Below, piece by piece: positions 49,681-63,261 of a stretch of 64,000 nucleotides of DNA. Source of the stretch: Pristiophorus japonicus (taxonomy: Eukaryota); contig NC_091982.1 in NCBI RefSeq assembly GCF_044704955.1, forward strand, positions 106,330,001 through 106,394,000, read 5' to 3'. The position numbers and the translations under genes are program-made. How positions within the stretch are numbered: position 1 is the first letter of the stretch; the number at the start of each line of letters is the position of its first letter. Below the pieces are notes generated by a model that searched no databases, was not told the DNA's origin, and was given only the letters and a program-made list of their open reading frames with translations.

Positions 49681-51581
49681 CAATTGTTGAAGTTCATCCA
49701 TGTGATCTTTAAATGTTTGCCATTGCCTATCCACCATCAACCCTTTAAGTATCACTCGCCAGTCTAGTCTACCAATTCACGTCTCATACCATTGAAGTTA
49801 CCTTTCCTTAGGTTCAGAACCCTAGTCTCTGAATTAACTGTGTCACTCTCCATCTTAATAACGAATTCTACTATATTATGGTCACTTTTCCCCAAGGGGC
49901 CTCGCACAACAAGATTGCTAATTAGTCCTTTCTCATTACACATCACCCAGTCTAGGATGGCCAGCCCTCTAGTTGGTTCCTCGACATATTGGTCGAGAAA
50001 ACCATCCCTAATACACTCCAGGAAATCTTCCTCCACCGCATTGCTACCAGGTTGGTTAGCCCAATCAATATGTAGATTAAAGTCACCCATGATAACTGCA
50101 GTATCTTTATTACACGCATCCCTAATTTCTTGTTTGATGCTGTCCCCAACCTCACTACTACTGTTTGGTGGTCTGTACACAACTCCCACTAGCATTTTCT
50201 GCCCTTTGGTATTTCATATCGATTCTATATCATCCAAGCTAATGTCCTTCCTTACTATTGCATTAATTCCCTCTTTAACCAGCAATGCCACCCCACCTCC
50301 TTTTCCTTTCTGTCTATCCTTCCTAAATGTTGAATACCCCTAGATGTTGAGTTCCCAGTCTTGGTCACCCTGGAGCCATGTCTCCGTGATGCCAATTACT
50401 TCATATCCGTTAACTGCTATCTGCGCAGTTAATTCTTCCACCTTATTACGAATACTCCTCACATTGAGGCACAGAGCCTTCAGGCTTGCCTTTTTACACA
50501 CTTTGCCCCTTTAGGATTTTGCTGTAATGTGGCCCTATTTGCTTTTTGCCTTGGGTTTCTCTGCCCTCCACTTTTACTTTTCTTCTTTCTATCTTTTGTT
50601 TCTGCCCCCATTGTACTTCCCTCTGTCTCCCTGCATAGGTTCCAAGCCCCCTGCCATATTAGTTTAACCCTTATTGTGCTGATCCTAGCAATACAGAAAT
50701 ATTATACATTTTTAAAAAATCAACTCAGGTAAAATCCAATTTGCCTCCTAGCTCACAGCATTCAGCATTTTCTACACCAGATTTGTGTGGGGAAATCCTG
50801 AGCATGATTGGTCATTTAGGACGAAAGTTTGTCACTTTATTGGTGATATGCTGTGGACCCCAGGAACTTCATCACTGACAAACCTAAGAAGACAAAAGAA
50901 TGGGCAGGACTAGAAGAGACTATAATGGTTGATCTGGCCAAGCTTAGAACCCAGGGCTTAATTCACGATCTCTCTGACCCTGCAATCTCCTTCTGTGTCA
51001 AATATCCAGTTCTCTCTTGAATTTCCTGACACTATCCTTCCTCATTACTGCCTCAGTCAGTCTGTTCTGTAGATTCACCATTCTTTGTAAGTCTAAGCTG
51101 CCCGTTCTCTTCCCTTTCTGAGCTTGAGCCTGCTTCTCCTTGCTGGAATTTATATTATTGTCAAACATATTAGTCAGGTTTAATTTATTTGTACAGTCTT
51201 CAATACCTCAGCACGATCTCTCCCGAGCTGACCTTTAGTTGGGCGTAAACATTTTCAGTTCCAGTTGCTTCTCTTCATAGTGGCTTGATCCAAGATGTTA
51301 CTTTAGTCTTTGGTTCACCTGCCCCAACATCAGCTTGTCCCCCAATGTGGTATAATGACTAGAACTGCACACGGCAAAGGCGCACCCACATATGGAGTTG
51401 TGAGGGAATTTGGGGATTTGCAAAGGGATCTAACATGCAAAGAAAACAATTGGGGAGGGAAGTCACACCCTTCATTCTCCTCAATGGGTTCACCTATGGT
51501 AGATAGCATTGCCGGTGAGACAGGACCTGTGCTTTGTAGACTTCCTGGGATTTCTATCTCACTGGCTATATACCCTAAAAT

Positions 51582-51815
51582 AACAACAACTGGCATTTAT
51601 ATATAGCGCCTTTAAAGTAGTAAAACATCCCAAGGTGCTTCACAGGAGAGTTATCAAACAAAATGTGACACCGAGCCACATAACGAGATATTAAGACAGG
51701 GAGCTTGGTCAAAGAGGTATGTTATAGGATGTCTTAAAGGAGGAGAGAGAGGTAAAGATACTGAGAGGTTTAAGGAGGGAATCCGAGAGCACAAGGCCGA
51801 GGCAACTGAAGGCAT
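51582..51815 (-). mobile_element. L2 3' end fragment
   Basis: aacaacaactggcatttatatatagcgccttt tail; reverse complement of 53590-53813. Confidence 0.75.
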
Positions 51816-51840
51816 GTTGTTTGCTTTCTTTACTACTTCT

Positions 51841-52062
51841 GCACACTATGCTGTTGGTTTCAGTGAGCTATCCAGGATTACCCTTGGATCTTCCTGCACA
51901 CTATGCTATTGGTTTCAGTGAGCTATCCAGGATTACCCTTGGATCTTCCTGAACTCTATGCTGTTGGTTTCAATGAGCTATCCAGGATTACCCTTGGATC
52001 TTCCTGCACACTATGCTGTTGGTTTCAGTGAGCTATCCAGGAGTATCCTTGGATCTTCCTGC
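51841..52062. repeat. Tandem repeat, 4 x 55 bp, inside an old CR1-like RT fragment (-)
   Basis: Units start at 51841, 51896, 51951 and 52006; flank encodes DRLGSWAERWQILFSVNK. Confidence 0.92.
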
Positions 52063-52689
52063 GGTGCTTTGCCTTCTGGACTAATACCATTTAGATTATT
52101 TTCTGATTTCTTGGTCCATTTCCCCAGACTCATTGGTTTGTATTTATTCACACTAAACAAGATCTGCCACCTCTCGGCCCAACTCCCTAATCTGTCCAAA
52201 TTGGCCGAATGTGCCTGTGCCAGCTCTTTGAAAGAGCTATCCAGTTAGTCCCATTCCCTTTCCCTTTCCTCACTGCTCTGCAAATTTCTCCTTTACAATG
52301 ATCTCTTCAATTCCCTTTTGAAAGTTACTACGAAATCTGCTTCCACCACCCTTTCAGACAGTGCATTTCAGATCATAGCAACAAGCTACATTAAAAAAAA
52401 ATCTCCTTATCGCCCTCTCTGTGTCCTCTGGGTACTGACCCTTCTGTCACTAGAAACAATTTTTCCTCATCTACTCTATCAAAATGATCTGATTGACATT
52501 CATGCAGATATATCTCACTGTTTCTGTTCCATACACCTTTAAATTTGAAATGAATTGTATCATTTTTGTCATCAGTGTAACTCAGTATTCCAGGTAGCTG
52601 TTATTGTGTAAAAAAAACTGCTACCTTCAACGATTTATGTATATCAAAGCCCAGGTCTTTCTGTTCCTGCATCCCCTTTAAAATGTGTC

Positions 52690-52995
52690 TTGGGGGAAAT
52701 CAAGAATGAGAGGGATATAATTTTAACATTAGAACTAGGTAATTTAGGAGGGAAATCAGGAATCACTTCTTCGCACAAAGGAGAGTAGAAATCTGGAATT
52801 CTCTCCCCCAAATGGTTGTGCATGCTGAGACAACTGGAACTTCTAAGACTGAGATTGATCGGTGTTTGTTAGGTAAATGCATCAAACGACATGGAGCAAT
52901 GGTGGGAAAATAAAGTTGAGGTAGAGATCAGGCATGTTCTAACTGGATATCAGAGCAGACTTGAAGGGCTGAATGGCTTACTCCTGTTCCTGTGT
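52690..52995 (+). mobile_element. Old CR1 3' fragment
   Basis: ggggaaatcaagaatgagaggg...tggaattctctcccc...gaagggctgaatggcttactcctgttcct. Confidence 0.7.
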
Positions 52996-53064
52996 TGAGC
53001 ATCCAGTACTGGATGAGCAGAAAATTCCTCCAACCAAATATTGGAAAGACGGCAGGCATTATCG

Positions 53065-53813
53065 AGCAACTGTCTGATGCTGAACCAGACTGCTCACAAC
53101 CTTGGTGTTGTATTTGACCCTGAGATGAGCTTCCGATGACATATCCGCGCAATCACTAAAACCACTTATTTTCACCTCCTGCACATCGCCCGTCTCCATC
53201 TCTGCCTCAGCTCATCTGCTGCTGAAACCCTCATCCATGACTCTGCTAGCTCTAAACTTGACTGTTCCAATGCACGCCTGTCCGGCCTCCCACGTTCTAC
53301 CCTCCGTAAACTTGAGGTCATCAAGAACTCTGCTGCCCATGTCCTGGCTTGCAACGGGTCCCATCCACCCACCACCTCGGTGCTCGCTGACCTACCTCGG
53401 CTCCCGCTTAAGCACCGACCTCAATTTTAAAATCCTCATCCTTGTTTTCAAATTCCTCCATGGCCTCGCACCTCCTTATCTCTGTAATCTCCTCTAGCCC
53501 CATGACCCTCCAAGATATCTGCGCTCCTCTAATTCTGGCCTTTTGAACATCCCCAATTTTAATCGCTCCACCATTGGTGGCCGTGTCTTCAGCTGCCTCG
53601 GCCCTAAGCTCTGGAAGTCACTCCCTAAAACCCTCCACCTCTCAATCTCTTTTTCCTCCCTTAAGAAGCTCCTGAAAAACCTACCTCTTGGTCATCTGCC
53701 CTAATATCTCCTTATGTGGCTCATGTCAAATTTTGTTTTATAACACTCATGTGAAGATCCTTGGGACATTTTACTAAGTTAAAGGCGCTATATAAATACA
53801 AGTTTTTGTTGTT
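53065..53813 (+). mobile_element. L2 LINE 3' fragment
   Basis: aaccttggtgttgtatttgaccc..FKILILVFKFLHGLAPPYL; tail aaaggcgctatataaatacaagtt..gttgtt. Confidence 0.85.
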
Positions 53814-55352
53814 ACATAAGAACATAAGAAATAGGAGCAGGAGTAGGCCATACGACCTCTCGAACCTGCTCCGCCATTCATTAAGATCATGGCTAATCTG
53901 ATCTTGGCCTCAACTCCACTTTCCGGCCTGTTCCCATAACCCTTGACTCTCCTATAGTTCAAGAACCTGTCTATCTCAGTCTTAAATGACTCAGCTTGCA
54001 CAGCTCTCTGGGGTAGAGAATTCCAAAGATTCACAACTCTTTGAGAGAAGAAATTCTTCCTCATCTGTCCAAAGTGTACGACTCTTTATTCTGAAACTAT
54101 GTCCGGTAGTTCTAGATTCCCCCAGAAGGGGAAACATTCTCCCAGCATCTACCTTGTCAAGCCCCCTCAGAATCTTATCCGTTTCAATAAGACCACCTCT
54201 CATTCTTCTAAACTCCAATGAGTATAGGCCCGACCTGCTCAACCTTTCTTCATAAGACAACCCCTTCATCCCAGGAATCAACCTTGTGACCCTTCTCTGA
54301 ACTGCCTCCAATGCAAGTATATCCCTCCTTAAATAAGGAGACCAAAACTGTATGCAGTATTCCAGGTGTGGTCTCACCAATGCCCTGTACAGTTGTAGCA
54401 GGACTTCCCTACTTTTACACGCCATCCCCCTTGCAATAAAGGTCAACATTTAATTTACCTTCCTAATTAATTGTTGTATCTGCATGCTAACTTTTTGTGT
54501 TTCATATACAAGGACCCCCAGATCCCTCTGTAACCCAGCATTCTATAGTCTCTCTCCATTTAAATAATATTTTGCTTTTCTATTCTTCCTACCAAAGCGG
54601 ATAACCTCACACTTTCCCACATTATACTCCATCTGCCAAATGTTTGCCCACTCACTTAAGCTGTCTATATCCCTTTGCAGACTCTGGCTGGATTTTAGGC
54701 TTTTCTGTTTTTGGTGCAAAAACGGAGGCGGGCAGGAACGTTACCGGCTGGGAATAGTTTGCGCTTAGGTAAGGAAGTTTTGGCATCTAGGCCTTGCGTC
54801 AGGGGGCACAGCGCGAAGGGGAGGCGTTGTACACTTTTTGTGGCACAAGGATGGGAAACTCACAAAATAAACTGCTGGGCCATGTGTGCTCTGCGAGAAA
54901 CCTGGGGGGGGTGGGAGCATTGGGGGGGGGCCTTAAAATAAACACAAAAACATTCCCAAAACATTGCACAAGCTACCATTACAGAAATCGCTAAAAAAAT
55001 TAAAAGAACAAAAGCTTGCACTTACCTTCGGAGTACCTTACCTTCCTCTCTGCCGCTGGCTATGCTGGACCGTTCTGATTTCCCAGGCGGTCATTGCGGG
55101 CGCACTTCCGGGTGGACAGATCGGGCAAAAGTCCAAAGTACTGCCGGAATCGCAACGAGAGGCGTTGCACACCCGGCGCAGCGCTTCCCGACGGTGCTGC
55201 TCAGCGCCGCCGCAAAACCAGACCGGACGACCGCGACGGAGCGCAGGAGATCGGAACGCCGCCTTTCCCACCGCTCCGGGGCGAAACCTGGAGCGCAAAG
55301 GACTGGAAAATCCAGCCCTTGCGTCCGCCTCACAACTTGCTTTCCCACCTAT
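53814..55352 (-). mobile_element. CR1 3' fragment ((TTCTTATG)n family) interrupted by a MITE
   Basis: acataagaacataagaa tail; ORF 53991..54449 RPHLEYCIQFWSP; CR1 resumes at 55319. Confidence 0.88.
54686..55318. mobile_element. CpG-rich MITE with TIRs (possibly Harbinger-type)
   Basis: ggctggatttt ... aaaatccagccc inverted termini splitting CR1 sequence gcagactct|ttgcgtcc. Confidence 0.75.
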
Positions 55353-55848
55353 GTTGTTGTTTGTTGAGCAATGGAGAAGCACATTTTATTAATTCAGCAG
55401 GTCTGCAAAACTGGTCTTTCATATAGATACAGAATATTTAAATCTACATATGAGGGAAGCATCGCGGCCAGGGTCATCTGACAGTCCGTCAACTTTGTGA
55501 TGTTAGGGACCGAACCTCTTTGTTACAGCTTTCACTGCACTGTCCAGCCCAATTCATGAGTGTAAGGTTTGCTGCCGCTATTTCTAAACAATTATACCCC
55601 ACAGCAACAATCAATGCTAAAAAAGAAAGAGTTTAAATAAAACATAAAAAGAATTCTTAATAACAGATTTTTATTGACATGATGGTTTATGAACATGTCT
55701 ACCAACAAATCCCAATCAGCAAACACTTTAGCACATCATTTAAAGGCAATCGGAGAATGAGTTTGCAGTCAATAAACCACGTTGCTGCCAGGCCCCAGAG
55801 CCATTGGTTTTCAGTCTAAATGGCAGCGCCCAGAAAACTGCCTTAAAT

Positions 55849-57022
55849 GTCATCATCAGGCAGTCCCTCGGAATCGAGGAAGACTTGCTTCCACTCCTGA
55901 AGAGAGTTCTTTGGTGGTTGAACAGTCCAATACGAGAGCCACAGACTCTGTCACAGGTGGGACAGATAGTCGTTGAGAGAAGGGGTGGGTGGGACTGGTT
56001 TGCCGCACGCTCTTTCTGCTGTCTGCGCTTGATTTCTGCATGCTCTCGGCGATGAGACTCGAGGTGCTCAGCATCCTCTCGGATGCATTTCCTCCACTTA
56101 GGGCGGTCTTGGGCCAGGGACTCCCAGGTGTCAATGGGGATGTCGCATTTTATCAGGGAGGCTTTGAGGGTGTCCTTGTAACGTGTCCGCTGCCCATCTT
56201 TGGCTCATTTGCCGTGAAGGAGCTCTGAGTAGAGCACTTGCTTTGAGAGTCTCGTGTCTGGCATGCGAACTATGTGGCCTGCCCAGCAGAGCTGATCAAG
56301 TGTAGTCAGTGCTTCAATGCTGGGGATGTTAGCCTGAATGAGAACGCTGATGTTGGTGCCCCTGACTTCCATGGGGATTTGTAGGATTTTGTGGAGACAT
56401 CGTTGGTGGTATTTCTCCAGCAACTTGAGGTGTCTGCTGCACATGGTCCATGTCTCTGAGCCATACAGGAGGGCAGGTATTACTACAGCCCTGTAGACCA
56501 TGAGCTTAGTGGCAGTTTTGAGGTCTTCAAACACTTTTTTCCTCAGGTGGCTGAAGGCTGCACTGGCGCACTGGAGGCGGTGTTGGATCTCGTCGTTGAT
56601 GCCTGCTCTTGTTGATAGGAAGCTCCCGAGATGTGGGAAGTGGTCCATGGTGTGCAGGGCTGCGCTTTGGATCTTGATGACTGTGCAGTGAGGACAGGCT
56701 GGTGGAAGACCTTTGTCTTACAGATGTTTGGCATAAGGCCTATGCCTCAGTAAATATGTTGACTATGTCCTGGAGTTCAGCCTCTGTACGTGCACAGACG
56801 CAGGCTTTGTCCGCGTACTATAGCTCGACGACAGAGGTTGGGTGGTCTTGGATCTGGCCTGGAGACGGCGAAGGTTGAACAGGTTCCCACTGGTTCTGTA
56901 GTTTAGTTCCACTCCAGCGGGGAACTTCTTGACTGTGAAGTGGAGCATGGCGGCGAGAAAGATTGAGAAGAGGGTTGGGGCAAAGACGCAGCCCTGTTTG
57001 ACCCCGGTCCAGACATGGATTA
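55849..57022 (-). mobile_element. RTE LINE 3' fragment
   Basis: (cat)n tail at 55849; ORFs 56205..56648 and 56763..57134 (TGVKQGCVFAPTLF). Confidence 0.9.
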
Positions 57023-59904
57023 AGTGTAAGAAAATGGCGATGACCATTGCTTTCAATGGTGGGGCGGAGCTATGATAATTACCATCTAACTGTCCTCGGT
57101 GAGGGTACTGGCGGAGCGGTGCAAAATCCTGCAAAATTAATGACAGAAATCACTGACTCCATAATCTCTGGTATGTTTTCTGCCGCGCAAGTCCCCAGGA
57201 AAATCTGGAGCGGATATAGCTACGAACTGCATCGTATTTCTGCGATGGCACCTGGACAGCTGCCAGTTGAAATAACCAATTCATTAAACCCAGTGGCTGT
57301 TAGATCAGGCGCTCGAGTTTAGTCCCTTGAGAATGGAAGTACAACCCACTCCTGAATACGTCCATCAGTAGAAGTCAGTGTATGGAAGCTCATTAATGGG
57401 AGCTTGCAACTGGGTAAAGCTTATGGAGGGAAATGTTCCTTCCTCTCCCCTCCACACGTGTGCTCACTGGTGGGGATTTTAAACTTAGCTTTACCTTATG
57501 AAGACTCCTTCTATGTTGGTGACCTTGATCTCTGGTTAAAGATACGCGGCAGGTTTAGGGAAAGATAACACTTTTTTTCATTGTTTTTTTATTATTGAGC
57601 TCAAATATTTGATGCATATTTTGTCAGAATTGGTCAAATATTTATCTAATACCCTACAAAATACTTCAGATACCCATATATAACAGGGCCAAGTTTAACC
57701 GGCAGATTTTGAGCGACCTCAAAATGGGGTCGATAGACTTACCGAAAACACTGACGTCTGGCCACAGGGGCCTACCGCCGGGCGGCCAAAGCACTTGCCT
57801 GTTTCAGGTGGTAGGCCCCTTTTAATATACAAATCAGGGTCCTATGACATGCATAGGCTGCTGCTTGGCACTTTAGGACAGATCTGGTTGGAGTGCACAC
57901 TGTGTAGTCTCTCCAACCGGTTTCACTGGCAAGAGAGCCGAAGAGGTCCAGAAAAAGTAAGTTTAAAATTATTTTTAGGCGTCTCTTCCAAGAACAATCT
58001 GGGCCATGACAACAGTCTGTCATGTGCAAAGATATTTTATAATCTTTTGTTATCGATAATTTGAAAACTTAATGAATGAATCCATCAGCAGAGGCCACAA
58101 CTTTAATAAAACAGCAAAAAACATACAAGTGATATCTTTTAAAGTGCGTTTGCTGAAGTAAGACTATGATAAATATTCTTACTGTATTTGAACTTAATGC
58201 ATTTTGAAGATTTGCTATTCGGTATGCTTTTAAACTATAGGGGATGGTGTTGTATAGGAATATTTAGATGAATGGAGGAATAACACATTAATGAGATATG
58301 AATCCTGAGTGTAACAGTTACTGAAGTCACGAGCTCTGCTGTAATAATTACACTTGGATATTGTCACACCATGGCCGACATGCACTGTCGAGGATATTCC
58401 AAAATCTTTTGCAGATGGACAGAGAGAAACAAATCCCTATGCCAATAATAGGGAATGCACAATTTAAATGGATCTTCGAAAGTCATTTACTGAATATATT
58501 GAACTGAGAATATTGAAGTGAGTGTGGCTTATCCTTATAAAGAACATGACTGAGAAGGCAAAAGGTCTGGGCTCTTTTACATATATGTGTTTGAAATGTA
58601 TTAATTCGGCAGGATCTCTGGATCAGTTTAGGCAATGGATGCCCTTCAGCCCATTGGCCATATCATCCTTCCACAATATCAACCCCATCATCTTCCCATT
58701 CCGTATCCTGGCTTCAACTGCTCATCCTGGCAACCTGTTCTAGCTCTTGATCACCCTCTGTGTGAAGAAATACTTTGTGACATCTGCCCTAAACTTGCCC
58801 TTCAGAACCCTGACCCTGTGGCCTCTTGTCCTGCGACCCTGGGCTACCTGGAAGTACTTTTTTCAATAATGGATAAATATTTTTTTTCCAAATTAAACTT
58901 GGTTACAACTTTAAGAACATAGCAGAAAAAGAACTGTTGCACAGATAGAAATTATAAACTTAAGCCTCTGTTTTAAAATAACCACATCCTCATTCTATCT
59001 CAATTAGTTTTCCCCACTGTTAATCGAAGGCTACAAGAAATCCATAAACAAAACATTCTTGTATCTATCAAAGTATGTAGCAAGACCAATAGACACACTT
59101 TTCCTGGCTTCATGTCTCTTGTTGCTCTTCAGTGAGCCCCTCAATGACGTGCTGTTAAAACTCTAGTAAATGTTATGCACCGGATCCCAACTCTGTGGAC
59201 AGCTAACGAGGATAACTATTTGACAAGCTGATTCATGTTGTCTCCTTGAATGTTGAATTCACAGTATCATGCTTCTGAGGCTGTTGAGTACAATTTTAAC
59301 CAATAACCCAATTACTGCTTTTTTTGTGTTTGGGACATCACTGATTTATAACTCCAGGTAATCAGTCCTTGGTTTTCTGGGTTCTTCAATCAAAGGCGCT
59401 TAAGAAACTGGGTGACACAGTGGGTTGGCACATTGTTGATGAACACTTGGTGCTGTTGTCTGCTCCGTCTGATGGTGTGAAGATCTTTCTTCTGCCTATA
59501 AGAAGACTATGTGAAATGAGTTTGGTTCCCAGTGAGCAAAGGCCAGCAGCACAAAACTATCCACAAAAAGGCCACAATGACAGCTGATGTGGGAAATGGA
59601 GAAGTTCCGATTGATGGAGTCGAGGAAGCTGCTCTCAGGTTGAGACCAAACCACATTGTTGGAATTTTGCTTTTAGAAAATGGCTGCACATTATTTGCTG
59701 CTGACACTGGGATCCCAGCTCATTTTATGCCCCAGCACGTAGCTCTCACTTTGATGAGGCTACCCATGGCTTTCAGGATTCTCAAATTCTACTTTGCAGC
59801 ACTTATCTTTAAAAAATTCTCTCTTGACTTTGACACACTGGTTATCATTACTGCAGCGGCCCCTCATTTCTGACCTCAAGCAGCAGCTGGACATTCTTCA
59901 AAGA

Positions 59905-60323
59905 ACTTGAGAAAGAACTTGCATTTATATAGCAGCTTTCACAACCTTGGAATGTCCCAAAGCACTTTACAGCCAATTAAGTACTTTCTTTGAAGTGAAG
60001 TCACTGTTGTAATATCGGAAACGCAGCAGTCAATTTGTGTGCAACATGATTCCACAAACAGCTAGAACCAGATCATCTGTTGATTGAAGGGATAAATGTT
60101 GGACTCCCCTGCTCTTCTTCAAATCTTTTATGTCCACCTAAGAGGGCCGAGGTTTAATGTCTCATTCAGAATACAGCACCTCCGGCAGTGCAGCACTCCA
60201 TCAGTACTGCACAGGATTTTGTGGTCAAGACTCTGAAGTGGGACTTGAACCCACTTACGCAGGTAAACAGAGTTTTGCTAACTCAGATGAAAGTGTGCAA
60301 CCAACTGAGCCACGGCTGACACC
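59905..60323 (-). mobile_element. DeuSINE (SacSINE1-like), near full length
   Basis: tRNA-like head aggtgtcagccgtggctcagttgg...gggttcaagtcccac on the minus strand, Deu domain, and tail gctatataaatgcaagttctttc. Confidence 0.78.
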
Positions 60324-62169
60324 TATTTCAGATATCCATTCATGTGTTGGACAGGACTGAACCAGAATGTAGAATGACACATGTTGGAGATAGAAGACAT
60401 TTTCTCTGCTTCTCATGCATATGGGAGTAAATTGCCAATATTAAAATTGGCTCACTTTCCAAAAGAATTTAAGGCAGCAGCAGCAACAGCAGCAGCCTTG
60501 GCTGCCTCCATATTCTCCACAACCTTGTCTGCAACATTAGATTAGATCAAAAAGGGATTTGCCAGAATAGTATGACATTTCCTATCAATTGAGATTTATT
60601 TCCATTGTAATCATGGATGTGTAGAATGGTGTTGTGCCTAATTCACTTGTTTTTGACTCTTTTGCTCACCACCCCCACCCACCCTTTCCAGATTAAACTG
60701 TCCCTGAACAAAGCATTTAATATAATCAGCCAGCCTGTGCTGGTTTGATTCAAGGTACCTTGGGGGCCTTCAAATGGGCCTGCTTGAATGGGTGCAGAGA
60801 ATGATCCCTCTGCCAGAATGAGTAGGCCTAAGACATACCCGATATTTGGCCTCAGGCCCCAATAACAGCAGAACTGCGAGCTGCAGACACCTGCTGAATT
60901 TTGGGCCATTGCACCATCGGCAGTGGCTCTCAGGTAGGCCTTGGAAAAGGGGCGCGGGGGGGGAAGGGGGTAAGCGATCAGGAGGGAGGCGACTGGAAGG
61001 GGAAGGTAAGAGATTACAAGGGAGGGTGTGACCAGGAGTGGGGGTGAGGCAGCAATAGGGAGAATAGGGAGAAGGGAGACAGAAACCTGTCGTCTGGAGG
61101 GTCGACAGTAGCGAAAGCGGCCTGTGATTTTAATTTGGAGCCAGGAGGAACACTCCTGCACCTCCTGGCTCCGCATTCAGGTAAGAATGTTATTTTAATT
61201 TACCGTTTTGGTGGCAGCCTCCAGCGCTCCCTTTAAGACGTTAGGCCGCATGTAGACCTGGTTTTCCTGCAAACAGATGGCCTGGCACCAGCTGTGTTCA
61301 GGCTAAACCATTATGGTAAAAGAGGCATCAATGAGGCTTCAGGTGCCTTATTTGCATGTACCAATGGCCTAATGCCTGTTTCTGGTCTGGGCCCTGGCGC
61401 CTCTTTTAATGCCTATACCAATATGGCGGGCGGTCGATTTCCGGCTGAGAATGTGCACACCATCTGTCATATTGGATGACTTTGCACCCGCTTTACTTAT
61501 GTACAATGGGAGTAGCATCAGCGAATTTCGATGCCGCAATCTTTTGAGATTTGTTGAAATAGGAACAACCAATTTTAGCTGTTTAGGGCATGTCTTAGCT
61601 TTCTTTGATGAACGTGGGCATTATTATAAAATGGCTTGATGTTCTATGTTTTTCTATACAGCAGCTGTGTTTTTTTTTATTGTGATATATTCTTGCCCAT
61701 AAATGCTGCTTATTATGTTTCTGAAAGGGATTTTAATAAAACAAGCAGAGTTCAGTTGACAAATCAACTCCTGTTGTTGAAATCCCATCGGAACGACAAC
61801 CCCAGGGCAAAACTGAAGTCAATCTAATCTTTTTAATCTTGCCAGATGTCAAATTGAAGAAAACAAAAATGTTTCCAGGGAATATTTCACATAAAACTTA
61901 TCTGGGCTATAAATTTAAATGATTACTCACCAAGTGTGAGGTTATTAGAAAGAAGTTAATGTAATGGACCTAAAATTGCTCAAAGCTTCACTAACTAATA
62001 TATTGTACAGCCATCTTCTCTCATTTACACCCTTGTTACCTTACATTGACAATTAGGAAGTGACATTGTGGTGGTCTGCAAAAGAAATAAAAAGACTGCT
62101 TAAAAGCGACTCTCAAACATAGGGCAAAATAAACATCTGTAAGTGGGAACAATGTGCTTAGGATAAGAA

Positions 62170-62420
62170 AGCCTGTAGAGAAACCATCCTTGAAGGCATC
62201 TCCTACTATGAAGCCCGTGGCATTGCTGATGCTGAATGTAAACAGCCCCTGAGCACATCTCTCTCAAATTCAAGATCCCGCACCTGGTGTCTCTGGGATT
62301 CACCGTTCAATCTGTGGACAAAAATAGGTCTCATCAATCACCAAAGAAGTCCCTGCAAGAAATGAAATGCTATTTTGGCCATCGCATTCGATAGCGAAGG
62401 ACAAACAATGAACAACGACA
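62170..62420 (+). mobile_element. Old RTE-like 3' end
   Basis: Decayed C-terminal zinc-finger region (tgtggac..ataggtctcatcaatcaccaaaga) followed by an aac-type tail. Confidence 0.4.
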
Positions 62421-63031
62421 CCCTCACTACCATTCAGAAATAGTTATTCTGACACATCTGATAGACGGAGAAAAATACCAACAGAAAGCCCCATGCACAA
62501 TGTGGAACGTACTGTTCGAACCAACATTTTGAAAGTTGAATTTCCAAAGCTGTGCATTCAAAGAGTTTCAACTAGATTCTGGTGTGAGACTGGAAGGGAC
62601 CGAGGGGAACAATTTTAATTTAGTGAGAAACACAATAGTATCTTAAACACAGAGCATGTTGCACAGGGCAGTATGTACTGCTTGCATTACCAATATCAAC
62701 ACTTTGGCCAAGCTTAAATAATTGATCTTTTTTCAAAATTTTTCAAAATTTTAACTGCTTCATTTTTAATTTCTTAATTATTTTCAAAAGGATGAAAGGG
62801 TATTGTTTGCTTGTTTATCAATATGCTATTGTTTTTCATAAATTTCTATTATTTCTGCAATCCTGAGTGACTGTTGAGGCTTGATTGAAAGCAGAATGAG
62901 AATTATTAACTGATGGCCATCAGACATCGTGAGGTCAACGGCCTACTTCACGAATGGATAATTATCAGGCTGTTGATGTCATTGTGTTTTCTTTGGAGGG
63001 AATGGAAGCCTTGGTGAGCTATTTATATTCT

Positions 63032-63261
63032 CACCCCTTTCCTGACAACCTCTTCCCTTTGTTGACTCTCTCTCCCTTTCCTGACTCTCTCTCCCTTTCC
63101 TGACTCTCTCTCCCTTCCCTGATTCTCTCTCCCTTTCCTGACTCTCTCTCCCTTTCCTGACTCTCTCTTCCCTTCGTTGACTCTCTTCCTTTCTTTGACT
63201 CTCTCCTCTTCCCTGACTTTCTCTTCCCTTCCCTGACTCTCTCCCCTCTCTGACTCTCTCT
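63032..63261. repeat. Pyrimidine-rich tandem repeat, ~20-bp unit (ctctctctccctttcctga)
   Basis: Repeated degenerate units; source of spurious RE-rich ORFs. Confidence 0.9.

Larger units (their letters stand above)
46793..50667 (-). mobile_element. CR1 LINE (ORF2, decayed) carrying RTE and solo-LTR insertions
   Basis: acatagaa tail at 46793; RT and APE ORFs on the minus strand; same subfamily as 42081-45051. Confidence 0.93.

Noticed and set aside
51841-52062. CRISPR-like array
   Set aside because: Head-to-tail units with no unique spacers, no cas genes, eukaryotic context
54964-55426. CpG island with overlapping ORFs
   Set aside because: It is the interior of a young MITE inserted in a CR1
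59369-59873. Possible host exons (also 27269-27715, 29290-29493)
   Set aside because: No recognisable protein similarity or convincing splice-bounded frame; RNA-seq or BLASTX would be needed
60640-61490. Additional MITE/Harbinger-like GC-rich repeats (also 19600-19880, 22400-22730, 57040-57330, 57685-57990)
   Set aside because: Probably repeats, but termini and family could not be fixed from sequence alone
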